A stretch of 64,000 nucleotides of DNA from Eledone cirrhosa (Eukaryota). Location: positions 411,866,001 through 411,930,000 of the forward strand of contig OZ024741.1 of NCBI GenBank assembly GCA_964016885.1. Direction: 5' to 3'. Below the pieces are notes generated by a model. It had not been told where the DNA came from. It searched no databases and saw only the letters and a program-made list of their open reading frames with translations. Made by a program: the position numbers and the translations under genes. This document shows positions 1 through 12,644 of this stretch, piece by piece; the stretch's first letter is position 1, and each line of letters opens with the position of its first letter.

Positions 1-263
1 GTACCAACACTACCACTTTACAGAGTGTACTGGGTGTATTTTATCATGGTACCAACACTACCACTTTACAGAGTGTACTGGGTGTATTTTATCATGGTAC
101 CAACACTACCACTTTACAGAGTGTACTGGGTGTATTTTATCATGGTACCAACACTACCACTTTACAGAGTGTACTGGGTGTATTTTATCATGGTACCAAC
201 ACTACCACTTTACAGAGTGTACTGGGTGTATTTTATCATGGTACCAACACTACCACTTTACAG
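1..263. repeat. 48-bp minisatellite, 5 full copies plus a partial (open at window edge)
   Basis: Unit gtaccaacactaccactttacagagtgtactgggtgtattttatcatg repeated head-to-tail; explains the 16-aa repeat in ORF 25..357. Confidence 0.95.
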
Positions 264-427
264 CTCTGGGACACTCATTGTGTCCTCAGCCAGGTTGGGA
301 AGGCAGAAATGGGAGTGTGTGTGTGGAGAGACTAGAGAGTTGGGGGGGGGGGGGTAGCAAAAGTTGGGTTGTGGATGGGGTTTTGAAGAGAGATAGTGGA
401 CAACCTTTTGCAGTATATAATAATAAT

Positions 428-608
428 AATTGTTTCTACTTTAGGCACAAGGCCAGCAATTAGCCAGTGCATTACTGGTACTTTATTTTATCGACCCCGT
501 AAGGATGAAAGGCAATGTCAACCTCGGCGAGATTTGAACTCAGATCGTAAAGGGACGTAACTATGCTGGAAAGCATGGCGTCCGACCCTCTACCGATACT
601 GCCAATCC
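428..608 (-). mobile_element. tRNA-derived SINE (family A)
   Basis: Minus strand has A-box-like TGGCAGTATCGG and B-box-like GAGTTCAAATC, ends in (ATT)n; near-identical copies at 17720, 54830 and 55190. Confidence 0.85.
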
Positions 609-889
609 AAATGGTTTCATTTATTGGCCACAAGGGCCGACATATAGGGGACAATACAAAAGACAGGGACAGTGGGGTTTTACAGAAAAATCGAGTAAAC
701 AATATGAATAAACAAAGTAACAATAACAAAGTAACAGTAAAGTAACAATAAAATTACAACAAGAAAAAAAATTCCCCAATAGGGGGGATGACCACCCAGG
801 GTTCGCTCAGGTACCCCACCAATCCTGAACGACTCGACGCTTCGAGAGCACCCTGGAAGGGCACCTCTCTCCACTTCAAATTTACCTAC

Positions 890-3800
890 CTACAGCCGCA
901 TGACCAGAGTAGGCCCACTCACACGGGCCATTCTCACCACATTGACCCACCTTTCAGTAAATCTACTGGGGGACAGCACTTCTCTCTCCACCCTCACCTT
1001 CCTTTCCAAGTGAAACTTGAAAAAGTTGATGAGGGATTGGCCGCAGAGAAAAGTGTCTGTATTCAGTCCTTTCAACCTCGTCCACCATATAACCTCTTTC
1101 GCTACTGCCACCAGACAGAGGAAAATTGCCTGCCCTTCCTGGCCAAAAGAAGGCGGCGGGTCGATCTTCACTATGGACTCGGCCGATAGCCGGATCCGTT
1201 CTACACGCGACAACAGCTGTTCAACATAACTCCACAAGTCAGTAATGCACGGACACTGGACGAGTGCGTGCAGAACGGTTTCGTCGATCTGCGCGCATCT
1301 CGGGCAGGTCCGTCTGACAGCACTTCCGTGCCTGTAGAGTTTATCTCGAACCGGCAGTGCCCCCCGGTAGCACTGCCAAGCGAAGGATTTTTGGAAATTA
1401 TCCATCGTCCCCGGCTCGAAAGTCCTCCGGTACAGACTGGTTAGTTCGACTTCGTTGACTCCCAGAGCCTCTCCTAGTGCGTCGTCGCACTTGCCCACCA
1501 CTAATCCTCTATAGAATTCGAGAGTGGAAGTCCCACTGATCGCATTGCCCGCCTGGTAGAGGGCAGTGAGTGCCTGGCAACATTCCAGATGCCAGTCACC
1601 CAGTCTCGGTCTCTTCTTGACCCAGGACTGCAACTCATTCAAAGAAACGTGCTGCGGAAAGACCCGTCTGACAAACGGCGACCACACCTGTTCACCGTTT
1701 AGGCAGAATATCTAGAGATGCCGCAGCCTCAGCGCGTGCCTGCGCATCATTAGCCACGGCTTGCCCAGCCCTCCACGTAGAGGGTGCTGGCAGCAGATGG
1801 ACCGCCTCACCAGCGGAACCTGACCCCTCCACAAGAATTTGAAGAGGAGCCGCTCCAAGATGGCGAGGCGCGAACGGGGGCAAGGGACGACAGTCAGACG
1901 GTAGTAGATGACGGACGCGATGTACGCGTTCGCCACCTCCGCCCGACCTTTCAGTGATAGCTTCATCCCAGCCCATTTCTGGGTGTGACTGACTAACCTG
2001 CCCGTCACCTCGTCCCAATTCTTAGCCACCTGGAGGTCTGGCCCGAACCAAACCCCTAGCAACTTTACCGGTCCGTCCGGCCAGCGCCTAACGACGCTGT
2101 TGGACGGCATGGACTTTCCTCTCCAGGTGCCGAGTTGCAAACCCACTGACTTTTCCGGGTTAAGTTTTGCTCCCGTCAACCTTTCATATTCTTCCAATAA
2201 GTTGCCGACCACCTCGATTTCTGAGGTGTCCGACACCATCACGGTGATGTCGTCCGCATAAGCCGACACAGCCCTTCCGCGTCCCGGTTCGAGCGGGATG
2301 CTCTGCAACAGCTCCAGCTTCCGCAGTAAAGGCTCGAGAGTCAATACGTACAGAATGGAGGAGAGAGGGCACCCTTGACAGACCGATCGGGAGACCTGAA
2401 ACGGTTCCGAGAGGTGGCCATTAATTTTGACCATCGAGCAGGTGCCGCTGTGCATTGCAGCGATCCAGCTTCTGAAGACGGGGCCGAAGCCAGCCGCCTT
2501 GAGGACAGCCTCCAGGTACCGATGGTCGACCCTATCGAATGCTTTCGATTGATCTAAATTGATCAGAGCCCCACCGAAGCCAGGTTTACACCCTACCCTC
2601 TCTATGATGTATCGCATTAGGTGGAGGTTGTCGTGTATGAACCTGGTTGGGATTGCGCAAGTTTGCGCCTCCCCAACCAAATCCCCGACGACAAGCGCCA
2701 ACCTCTTCGTTAACACCCTGGCCAAAATCTTAAACTCTGTGTTGAGCAGAATTATGGGCCTGAAATTGTCTAATGTGTCCCTCTTGTTCTCGTCTTTCCT
2801 TATCAGCGTCACTACGCCCCGGCTCACAGAACTGGGAATACTCCCGTTTTGCTGCCAGTTGCAGTAGAGCGCTTCGAAGAGATTGGAGAACAAGTCTGGC
2901 ATATTTACGTAAAGCTCGTAGGGCAGACCATCCAAACCGGGTGACTTGCGCCTCATGCTGCCTACAAGGGCATCCTGAATCTCGGCTGAAGTAATTGGCC
3001 TTTCGCAACGCCCAGCGTCAGCCGTCGAGAGTTGCGGCAAGCCATCGAGGTAGGGACTGAAGTCCGCCACCATCTCTGACCCACCACTTCACCCGAACAA
3101 CCGAGCAAAATGTTGGCGAAAGGCCTCACACATCCTCTTGGAATCGCTCAGCTCGAGCCCGTCTTGGTCCGTCAAAGACCGAATCGTGGTTTTATTACCA
3201 CGCTGCGCCTCTGCCACGCGGGCCCATCGAACAACTTTGGTTCCCTCGTTTCTCAGAGCACGCGCCTTAGCTCTGACAATGCAACCTTCGTGTTTCGCAT
3301 TGAAGAAATGGTCTAATGCCATTCTCGCCGCTAGCACATCAGTTGCAATGCCACTACCAATAGCCTCGTCTAACTTATCTACCAACTCTCTCTCCTTTCT
3401 ATTTTTCTCTAATGCTACTTCTTTGCTAAACTCTATCGACATTACTCTAATCTCTCTTTTGAGAGCCCCCCCCCCCACCCCACCATCTATTGTTGACGAC
3501 TCCCCCTGTCAACTTTTTCTTAACTAAATTGTTGACCTGGTCCCTGTAAGCCTTACGTGCCGGAAATGGCATGTTTAGCTTCCAGTAACCAGGTCCTAAC
3601 CTACGCGTCTTATCTAGGTCGACCATACAGATCACAAACTTGTGATCTGAATAGGCGACCGTTTTAAAACGTGGACAGCTTACACTATTTCTGTCTATTT
3701 TCCTAATGAATATCCTGTCTATATACGATCTAGATCACCCTATGCGGTTAGCCCAGGTCCACACTGGCGCCTTAGGGAAATCTAGTCGGTACCTGTCAGA

Positions 3801-4322
3801 CAGTTGGAACTGGCTGATCAGGTTCTTGAGGCTTTTGCACTCCCCGCTCCTATCGGATACTCCCACACAGTTCCAGCGTGCGTCTAAGATGCCGTTCCAG
3901 TCCCCCGCTAACAGTAAAGGGCGAGACGTACCCAGAAAGGCTTCCAGGCGTCTAAAGAAGTCCGGCCGTCCTGCCCCAGTAGGAGCATAGACGGCCACCA
4001 GTCTAAAGGCACCACCTTCATTATTGTTCACGTCCAGGACCACCAACTTCCCGTCCGGGTCCCGGAAGATCGACCTTACCTCGAGATCCAGGCCTTTCCT
4101 AAACAGCACTGCCACCCTGCCTCCCATTCCCGGCTGGCTAACAGATGCAAAGATCTGATAGTCGTCGAAAATGGGGGCTAGTGCGCGCGTGTCGGAAATC
4201 CTGGTCTCGCTGACTGCAATTACATCCATTTCTATAGACCTGAGGTCGTTGAGCAGGTGACCCTGCTTCCAGGACGATTCCAGGCCTCGAACATTTAAAC
4301 ATCCTACTCTTAATACAGCCAT
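890..4322 (-). pseudogene. Tx1-like ORF2 (APE endonuclease, reverse transcriptase, C-terminal zinc finger), disrupted
   Basis: Motifs CLNVRGL, SET, LAGDWN, SDH, KSPGLDG, QGCPLS, AYADD, CPRC..ETVLHALVQC; in-frame stops at 3735 (TGA), 3089 (TGA), 1712 (TAG) and a frameshift at poly-C ~3466-3476. Confidence 0.92.
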
Positions 4323-4403
4323 GTTGGCAGGTTAAACAGAGAGAGAGGAAGGTTTACTTACCTTCCGGGCTCTTGTGAAGGTCGGGTTGTTCGACCTCCA
4401 TAG

Positions 4404-6307
4404 TTAGTGGGGTTTCTTTGGGAACCCCTTTAAAAGTCTTGAAGTGGGTTTTACGTTCAGGGTTCCCACGTCCCGAGGAAAGCTGTCTCGTATTTCTTTG
4501 AATATGTCGAGCGACATTCGCACCAGAACCAAATCTTCCGGCACGCGAAATGTGCTCGATTTAAACATTTCCCCCTCTTTTCGTATATTTTCACTTCGTG
4601 CTACGAGGGCCATCAGTTCCTTGTTGGCCCTCCTGACGAGCACGAAGTTTTGTATGTTTTGTTGGTGTGATTTTATTTGTTTGCGTGGTTGTGGTGGTGA
4701 TGGTTTTGGTGGTGTTGTTTCGGTTGTATCTGTGTTTGTTGTGAGTTCGGTGTCTGTCGTTTCAGATGTTTGTGTGTATATTTGTTCTTGCGTCTGTTTC
4801 GGTTGTTTGCGTTTGGGGGATTCTGGTGATGGTGATGGTGGTGTTGATGTTGGTGTTATTGGAGAGATGTTTGCGTGGGTGGTGTCTGCGTTTTTATTGT
4901 GGGTGCTTTTGTGCTTTGTTGAGTTTTTTTTTTCTTTTTGTGTTTCCTTTTTTTGTATTTTGGGGGATTTTGGATTTCCCTCATCTTCACTACTGGTAGA
5001 TGAGGGGTCTGTGTCTGTAAGTGTGTTTGTATGTATGTTTAAGGTTTTATTGGTGTGTGTATTTTTGGGGGGTGGGGGAATTTGACAGCTTTCCTCGTTT
5101 CCCCCCTGGGTGGTCAATGTTGGTGGTGTTTTTTCTATTGGTGTTGTTGTTGGTGGTTTTGCCGGTGCAGGTGTTGGTTGTGGTCCTCGCTTCGGCGTCG
5201 GCAGTAGTGGAGCCTTTCAGCAGTTGAGGGCAGAAGGCTCGCAAATGGGTTTTTTCCCCACAAACAAAACACCGCGGCCTTTTGCCTTTGGTCATAATGT
5301 GAATGACAGTCCCATTCTGAAGTCGGATATGGTCTGGGATTGTCTTCACATTCTCGGGCCTGATCTGGAGAAGGATCTCCTGGTCAACCCCGGACCAGTC
5401 CTCTCTGGCCGTTCTGGTCACTTCTATAGGGACTGTATCCGTCCCCTCCACAATCACACATCCCAGAAGCCACCACATGTCAAGTCCTGGTGGGATTCTG
5501 GGAATGCGGAGACGGGCCGTTCTTTTTCCCATGTGGGAGGGGTACATTATGACCTTGCTGGTTTTGCAAGGAGTCATGGCGTGTTTCATCGCGAGGGCTT
5601 CTGACTTGAACAACACCGAAATGGTGCCGTACTGTCTGCCCCTCTCTATGTACTGGGTGTCTTCTCTGATGCACTTCAGCGCGACTTCGAGATCTTCTTG
5701 TGGGATTAACGCTGCTCTTTTGGTTTGTGCTGAGATGCATCTATAATGCACCGTTTTGCGCTCCACTGCCTCAATAGCTTCTACCGGGACAGTTAAGTTG
5801 GCCCAGGTTTGCTCTTGCTTGGTGAGCTTCCATGCCTGGGCCAACTTTTCATCTTTGTTTGAGAGGTCCATGTTGAAGCATGACCTCTTTTTTGCTGCTG
5901 CCGCAGCGAAAGTGTTCTTGTTTTCGTTGGGGGTGTTGTTGACGTTGTTCTTGTTGGTGTTGTTGTTAGCACTGTCGCTGTTATCATTGTTGTCTTTGTT
6001 GCCACCGTTGTTCTCGGTGCAGTTGGTATTGTTGCTGTTGGTGTTGTCGCTATTTGTTTTCATGTTAGTGGTGTTGATATTGTTGTATTTGTTATTTTTT
6101 TTTTGTTATCTGTATTTTCGTTGTCGCTGTTACTGTCTTTTTTTTCAAATTAGAGTTCTTATTGGTATCATTGGTGTCTTTGTTTACCTTGTTTGTGGTG
6201 GTGTTTGTGTTATCAATGTGTGTTAATTTCGCCGTAGCGCTCCTCTCAACTTCTACGTCGTTGTCGCACGACATCCGACATATCGCTGGGGGGCGTGGCT
6301 CAGCCAT
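4404..6307 (-). pseudogene. Tx1-like ORF1 (gag-like nucleic-acid-binding protein), frameshifted
   Basis: Three ORF pieces (6092..6355, 5047..6063, 4404..5117), likely start MAEPRPP at 6307, zinc knuckle CFVCGEKTHLRAFC, Asn/Thr-rich linkers; lies directly upstream of ORF2. Confidence 0.8.
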
Positions 6308-6515
6308 GTTTTTTTTTTTCTTCGTAAATTTTTTAACATGTAAAAAAAAGTTCAAATATTTGGGCCAAAAGGCCCAAATATTATACTTTCCCCTTCACGG
6401 GGCAAAGTCTAAGGGCTTATATCCCTTACACAACAAGAAATATTTAACAACAAATAATTTAAACAGGCAAATAAAGCGACTTACTGTGAGCGAGCAAAAT
6501 ACGTCCGCTTAGATC

Positions 6516-6553
<38 letters not shown>

Positions 6554-6770
6554 AATTATTGTGTACAGTGCTCAGGTTCACTACAACTCATCAAAGGTGC
6601 ATGTATAGTACATAGAATAATATACAAATGTCAGGGAAGTGAATAATGTAATGTCAGGGAAGTGAATAGAGTCATGATATACATGTGTGTGTGTGTATGG
6701 AGGGGGGATATTAGGTGTAGTGTTGGCGAATCTCAGGAAGCATGGAGGTTTTAAAGGATGCAGTGGTGTG
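6516..6770 (-). mobile_element. 3' tail of CR1-group LINE
   Basis: Matches 51170-51375 and 22530-22750; (ATT)n tail. Confidence 0.8.
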
Positions 6771-7879
6771 TGTCCATATTTCCAGGTTGACACAGGTTAG
6801 ATGGTGGAAATAAGTATCAAATGTGAGCTGGAGGATATGAAGTGAGGAGGGAGACTATGTGGTGAGGTAGAGTTGGGTTGTGATGGGACATATTATTGAT
6901 GAGAGAGAAGTTACACCTCTCAACATTTTAACACCACCCTACACCATCCTACACGTATAGGAAGGTGAGTCATCTGCAGGTGTATCACCTGTCAACTCAA
7001 TCCTGTGTCATCTCCTTGGTAAGATTCAGTTCTGTGAGGTAAGACTTCACCACATCACCCTATCTTTCCCTGGGTCTACCTCTTCCACAGATTCAACTAA
7101 CATTCAGTGTCATACACTTCTTTATGCAGCTGTTTTCCTCCATATACAGAGTGGGTGAAAAGAAATTCCATATTTAAAATTATTAATAACTTTATTAATT
7201 ATTGGTCAATTTTCATAAAACATGTTTTATTTTGTACAGTATGATATAGAAGTTCAGTACAATATTAAAAGTCTACATAGGTACCAGTGTTGTCTACCAC
7301 TGTTTGTAACCAGTAACTGAGTATATCTTCAACTGACCTCATCAGTAACTCAACTGGTATGTTGGTCAGCTATAAACTTCTTCCTTCATCTCAACATGAA
7401 ATATATCATATGGTGTTAAGTCAGAGCTTGTTGCTGGCCATTAATGTGGACCTTGACAACCCAGCCAATGTCCTGGAAATTGGATGCCAAGTCACTCACG
7501 GACAGTGCGAGCAAAATGGGGATTATCCCCATCCTGTGTGAATCTGAAGTTGTTGATGTGGTCCCAAGTGGTCACAATAGGCCAAAAGTTATAAGTAATT
7601 TTCAATAGGGAGTTTCTTCTCATCTAGCCCTGTATATCTCATGTTAATACTGGTGAAGTCTTCTCTTGTGTATATTAACCTAATCCCTCTTATACACAGC
7701 TTGTTTCTGTTGCTTCAGCAATCAGGCATACTGCTATAATACATCGTCAGAGCTTCCTTGCCATATATCTCTGTCTGTCTGTCTGGATGCATGGATCTTT
7801 CTTTCTTTCTTTCTTTTAATTTCGAGTGCATTTTTGACCGGCCACCTTCCTGGTGGCAAGGTTGTAAAAGAAAAGAAAT

Positions 7880-8565
7880 TATCATTCCTTGAATCGCAAG
7901 AATGTTTTGCAAATTTTAAATGTGCCAGCTATCGCAGCCATTTGTCGTCTATGAATTAGGGAGCTGCTTTCTTTATCCACAAATCCAAGTTCAGTTATAC
8001 TTTGGTCCAAGCTGGCTGGTATATAACCTGTAGCTCCAATAAAGCTAAAGGTATATCTTGGATACTGGATCTGCAAACTCCTCATCAATGGTCCGTTACA
8101 ATGTTGACATCAAGTCAGAGCATGTTTTCAATGTGTGGTCCCAAACAACAATATCAGGCCGGTGGTGCTTTAATTTGGTGGCAGTTTTTATTTTCAGGTT
8201 CTACCAGTATTCCTTAGTGACATCTATCTCAACATATTTCTCATCATTTGTTTTTAATTTTGTTTTCCTAAGTGCGCTCCGGAATGTTCTAGCTCTCCCA
8301 TCGTGCCGGGAGGTAGTAACGAGACAACATTATTTCACAGTTGGCAACAATGTGGTTAACATCTTCGATCTTTGTTTTACAAAGCTTACATTTATTGTCG
8401 ACTGATGGCCCTCCTCTTTTGTGTAGTAGATATTTGGTAGGGATTTCTTGTTCCTGTATTGCATAAAGATATCCTTCAAGGTGGGATGTCATAAACTTGT
8501 CGGACCTCCATGACAGGCTTTTTGAATGATTTATCCACTGTATGATCTGTGTTTTTTGTCTCAGG
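7880..8565 (-). pseudogene. R4/Dong-like (RLE clade) non-LTR retrotransposon C-terminal fragment
   Basis: EGYLYAIQEQEIPTK..CKLC..EDVNHIVANC..YLPAR (CCHC knuckle) followed by IGATGYIP, typical of RLE-clade C-termini. Confidence 0.7.
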
Positions 8566-8629
8566 TACATATATGTATGTATATATGTATGTATATATGT
8601 ATGTATATATGTATGTATATATGTATGTC

Positions 8630-9235
8630 AGGTCACCAGTTGGTGCTACTGGTAACATGTATCCCAGTACAACCTGTCTCATGGTCGGGTCGTTGGTGAC
8701 TAAACTGGCAACCCCACCAAGGTTTCTTGGTGAGGAGGGTGACTTTGGACATCCTGCAGGACTAAAAACAAAACCTGTCAAAGGGCAAAGGAGCTCTTAA
8801 GAGTCAATGGCCATCGAAAATCACCGGAAGAGATGACCCCTTAGCCTTTGTCAAGGCAGAATTCTAGGAGAAGGAAAACTCTGATATAACACCTGTAAAC
8901 TTGATGATATCCAATGATGTTGACTTGTTCTTCTTTTTGGTAAATATCATCTTGGTTAAGAGAGTGGGACTGGCTTTGTGCAGTGTCTTTGCTCACTATA
9001 AAAGCTTCACGACACAGGCATTGCTTTATATCTGGAGATCTCTCTGCACTTGTCGTCACATGGTACCATGGGCCCAGCACTATGTGTCAATAATTGTCAT
9101 AAGTGTAGTGTTTGTACCAGAGTTTTCAAGTCGCTGGCTGGACTAAAAAGTCACACTCGTTCAGCGCATCGGTAGGGGTTCTCCTACATGGATATAAAGT
9201 AGTGGCCATACTCGAAAACGAGTTGGCAGCCATCA
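8630..9235 (+). mobile_element. Non-coding dispersed repeat, probably RTE-derived non-autonomous element
   Basis: 8830-9235 recurs inverted at ~57232-57635; contains CTAGGAGAAGGAAAACTCTGA, which resembles RTE 5'UTR sequence as recalled. Confidence 0.6.
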
Positions 9236-9541
9236 TGTATATATGTATGTATGTATGTATGTACGTACGTGTGTGTGTGTATGATTGTGTATATGCGTAT
9301 GTATGTATTTATGTATGTATATGTGTGTGTGTGTATGTATGTGTATATGTATACATATGTTTGCACGCATAAATATGAATATATATGTGTGAATGTGAAT
9401 ATATGTATGTATGTATATGTATATATGTATAAATGTGAATATATATGTATGCATGTATGTATGTATATATGTATGTATGTGAATATATGTGTATGTAAGA
9501 GTATATACAATACACACACATATATATACATATATCTAGAT

Positions 9542-9585
<44 letters not shown>

Positions 9586-9900
9586 TTATCTAGACACACA
9601 CACATATATGTATATATATACATATATCTAGATACACACACACATTCATATATATATATTTATTTTCATATGATATATATAATTACATAAATCATATATA
9701 TATACAAATATTTACATACATATACATATATGTCAGAGTATATACACATATACACACATATACAATATATACACACACATAAACACATATATATGATGTA
9801 TATATTTACACACTCATACATCCACATAGATTTACAATTAGTTTAGATCAATAACGGATTGGTAATTACTTTAACATATCTTGAGAGCCATTTATATATC

Positions 9901-10910
9901 ACCATCCTCATCATTGTCATCATCACCACCACCACCACCATCACCACCACCACCACCACCACCACCACCACCACCATCACCACCACCACCATCACTACCA
10001 CCACCACCATCACCACCACCATCACCACCATCATCACCACCACCACCACCACCATCACCACTACCACCACCATCACCACCACCACCACCACCACCATCAC
10101 CACCACCATCACCACCACCACCATCACTACCACCACCACCATCACCACCACCACCACCACCACCACCACCACCACCACCACCATCACCACCACCACCACC
10201 ACCACCACCACCATCACCACCACCATCACCACCACCACCATCACTACCACCACCACCATCACCACCACCACCACCACCACCACCACCACCACCATCACCA
10301 CCACCACCACCATCACCACTACCACCACCATCACCACCACCACCATCACCACCACCACCACCACCACCACCATCACCACCACCACCACCACCACCACCAC
10401 CACCACCACCATCACCACCACCACCACCATCACCACCATCATCACCACCATCACCATCACCATCACCACCATCATCACCACCATCATCACCACCACCACC
10501 ACCACCACCACCACCATCACCACCACCACCACCATCACCACCATCATCACCACCACCACCACCACCATCACCACTACCACCACCATCACCACCACCACCA
10601 TCACCACCACCACCATCACCACCACCACCACCACCACCACCACCATCACCACCACCACCACCACCACCACCACCACCACCACCACCATCACCACCACCAC
10701 CACCATCACCACCATCATCACCACCATCATCACCACCACCACCACCACCACCATCACCACCATCACCACCACCACCACCACCACCACCACCACCATCACC
10801 ACCACCACCACCATCACCACCATCATCACCACCACCACCACCACCACCACCACCATCACCACCATCACCACCACCACCACCACCACCACCACCACCATCA
10901 CCACCATCAT
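9901..10910. repeat. ~1 kb (CAC/CAT)n trinucleotide microsatellite
   Basis: Direct; gives spurious poly-T/P/V ORFs. Confidence 0.97.
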
Positions 10911-11697
10911 CCAGGCCTTCCTTGGTCTTCCTCCATTGAGATTATTTAGCACTTCTTCACCCAGTGATCATCATGCTGGTGCATCACATGTCACTAGCTG
11001 GTGCATCACATGTCACTAGCCACACAATCTGCTGCACACTACATCTCCATATATATATGTATGTTGTAGCACCAGTATTATGGAGGGTCTCATATTTTTG
11101 ACACACTTGTTGAGCCCTCACAACCTTATATTTGGCAGGTTGTCTATAGCTGGATGCCTTTCTTATCACTAACCATTTTACAGAATCTACTCGATGTTTT
11201 TAATGTGTAGGTGACCAACACTAGAGACGTGTCTTCCTCACAACTGTAGAGGCCTTTCATCCCTATATTTGGCAGGTTTTCTTCAACACTAGAGAGATCG
11301 TTGTGTCATAACTGAAGGATCCTCTCAATCCTTTTGACATGGTTTCTATGACTGGGGGCCCTTCTTAACAGCAACCACTTTACAGAGAGTGCTGGGTGCA
11401 TATTATCGTAACACCAGCTCAAGGGAGGTTGCCAGTCATAGACACATCTGATGAGGTCTCTACACCCTATGGATGGTGTAGTGGGTGAGGCTGTAATGTA
11501 GGGATAGGTTAGGGGGTGGGTGTACATATAAATATATGTGGGTTAAAACTTTTATAAATAAGAAATGAAGAGAAGAATCCCTGAGATATCTTAGACAAGT
11601 GGTAAAACAAGTTTATAGTGTGTAGGAGGTCTTGTAATTACATTGTTTAGGGCAATCATCATCATCATCATCACTGTCATCATCATCATCATCACTG

Positions 11698-11732
<35 letters not shown>

Positions 11733-11794
11733 GCCATCGTCATTAGCAGCAGCAGCACCATCACTATCATCATTTGTTATTTCTGTTTACTTTT

Positions 11795-12636
11795 TGCTTG
11801 GCCGCTAAAGGTTTCTCTCTAAAAATGAAAGGCAGGCTGTATGATGGCTGCATACGAACAGCAATGTTACATGGCAGTGAGACCTGGGCATTGTGTGCAG
11901 AGGATATACGCAGACTGGAGAGGAACGAAGCTTGCATGCTCTGCTGGATGTGTAATAGTAATATACATGAACGGCAAAGCATAAAAGAACTAAGGGAGAA
12001 ATTAGGAATAAGAGGGATCAGATGTTGTTTACTCGAGAGAAGACTACGTTGGTACGGTCACGTGATGCGCATGAAAGACGACAGCTGTATAAAAAAGTGT
12101 AGGGCGATAAAAATAGAAGGTAGCCACGGAGTAGGTAGACCCAGAAAAACCTGGGACGACTTGATAAATTCCGACCTCACACACTTACACCTCTCCAAGA
12201 CAATGTCACTGGACCGAGATCTTTGGCGCTACACAATAATACAGAAGACCCGCCTTGCCTAAGTACAAAGCGAGACCTACAGTCAGTAGGCACCTCTAAC
12301 AAAATACACCCCACCCCATCCACACCACCCCTTTCAATGTAAAGTTATGTTAGTACCACAACATCCAGTCCGAAACAAATGAGATCGTGTAGGTGTCACG
12401 ACAAAAAAACACAGTCCACGCTGTAATGTGGCCGTGTAGGTAACACGGTAAAAACCTCCCAGTCCACACTGTAACGTGGTTGGTGTTAGGAAGGGCATCC
12501 AGCCGTAGAAAACCCGCCAGACAGTTCTATACGAGCAAGACAACCAATCTTGTCTCAAGTGGGAAAATTCTCGTCCAAACCCATGCAAGCGTGGAAGATG
12601 GACGTTAAACGATGATGATGATGATGATGATGATGA
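11795..12636 (+). mobile_element. 5'-truncated RTE LINE (family 2) with 3'UTR and (GAT)n tail
   Basis: LHGSETW, RRLRWYGHV, GRPRKTW motifs; same family at 57913-58683 and 58981-60340. Confidence 0.9.
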
Positions 12637-12644
12637 TATATATA

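Larger units (their letters stand above)
609..6515 (-). mobile_element. Near full-length L1/Tx1-clade LINE, decayed
   Basis: 5'UTR, ORF1 with CCHC knuckle, ORF2 with APE endonuclease, RT and C-terminal zinc finger; AATAAA at 620-625; (ATT)n at the 5' border. Confidence 0.92.

Noticed and set aside
1-263. CRISPR-like array (also 56288-56500)
   Set aside because: Contiguous tandem units with no unique spacers, no cas genes, eukaryotic context
3089-3737. Two in-frame GGG-TGA codons in Tx1 ORF2 as selenocysteine or readthrough sites
   Set aside because: The ORF also has an in-frame TAG and a frameshift, and no SECIS was seen; ordinary decay is sufficient
7148-7380. Tc1/mariner remnant starting TA|CAGAGTGGGTGAAAAG (similar start at ~25180)
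   Set aside because: No matching opposite TIR or readable transposase found
8690-8750. Twister ribozyme suggested by GAGGAGGG
   Set aside because: The conserved GCCGGUCCCAAGCCCGG-like segment is absent
9184-9830. YI/HT/CV-rich ORFs here and throughout the window
   Set aside because: Translations of (TA)n, (CA)n and (TATG)n simple repeats
9843-11019. Extensin/mucin-like long ORFs
   Set aside because: Stop-free translation of (CAC)n in several frames and strands
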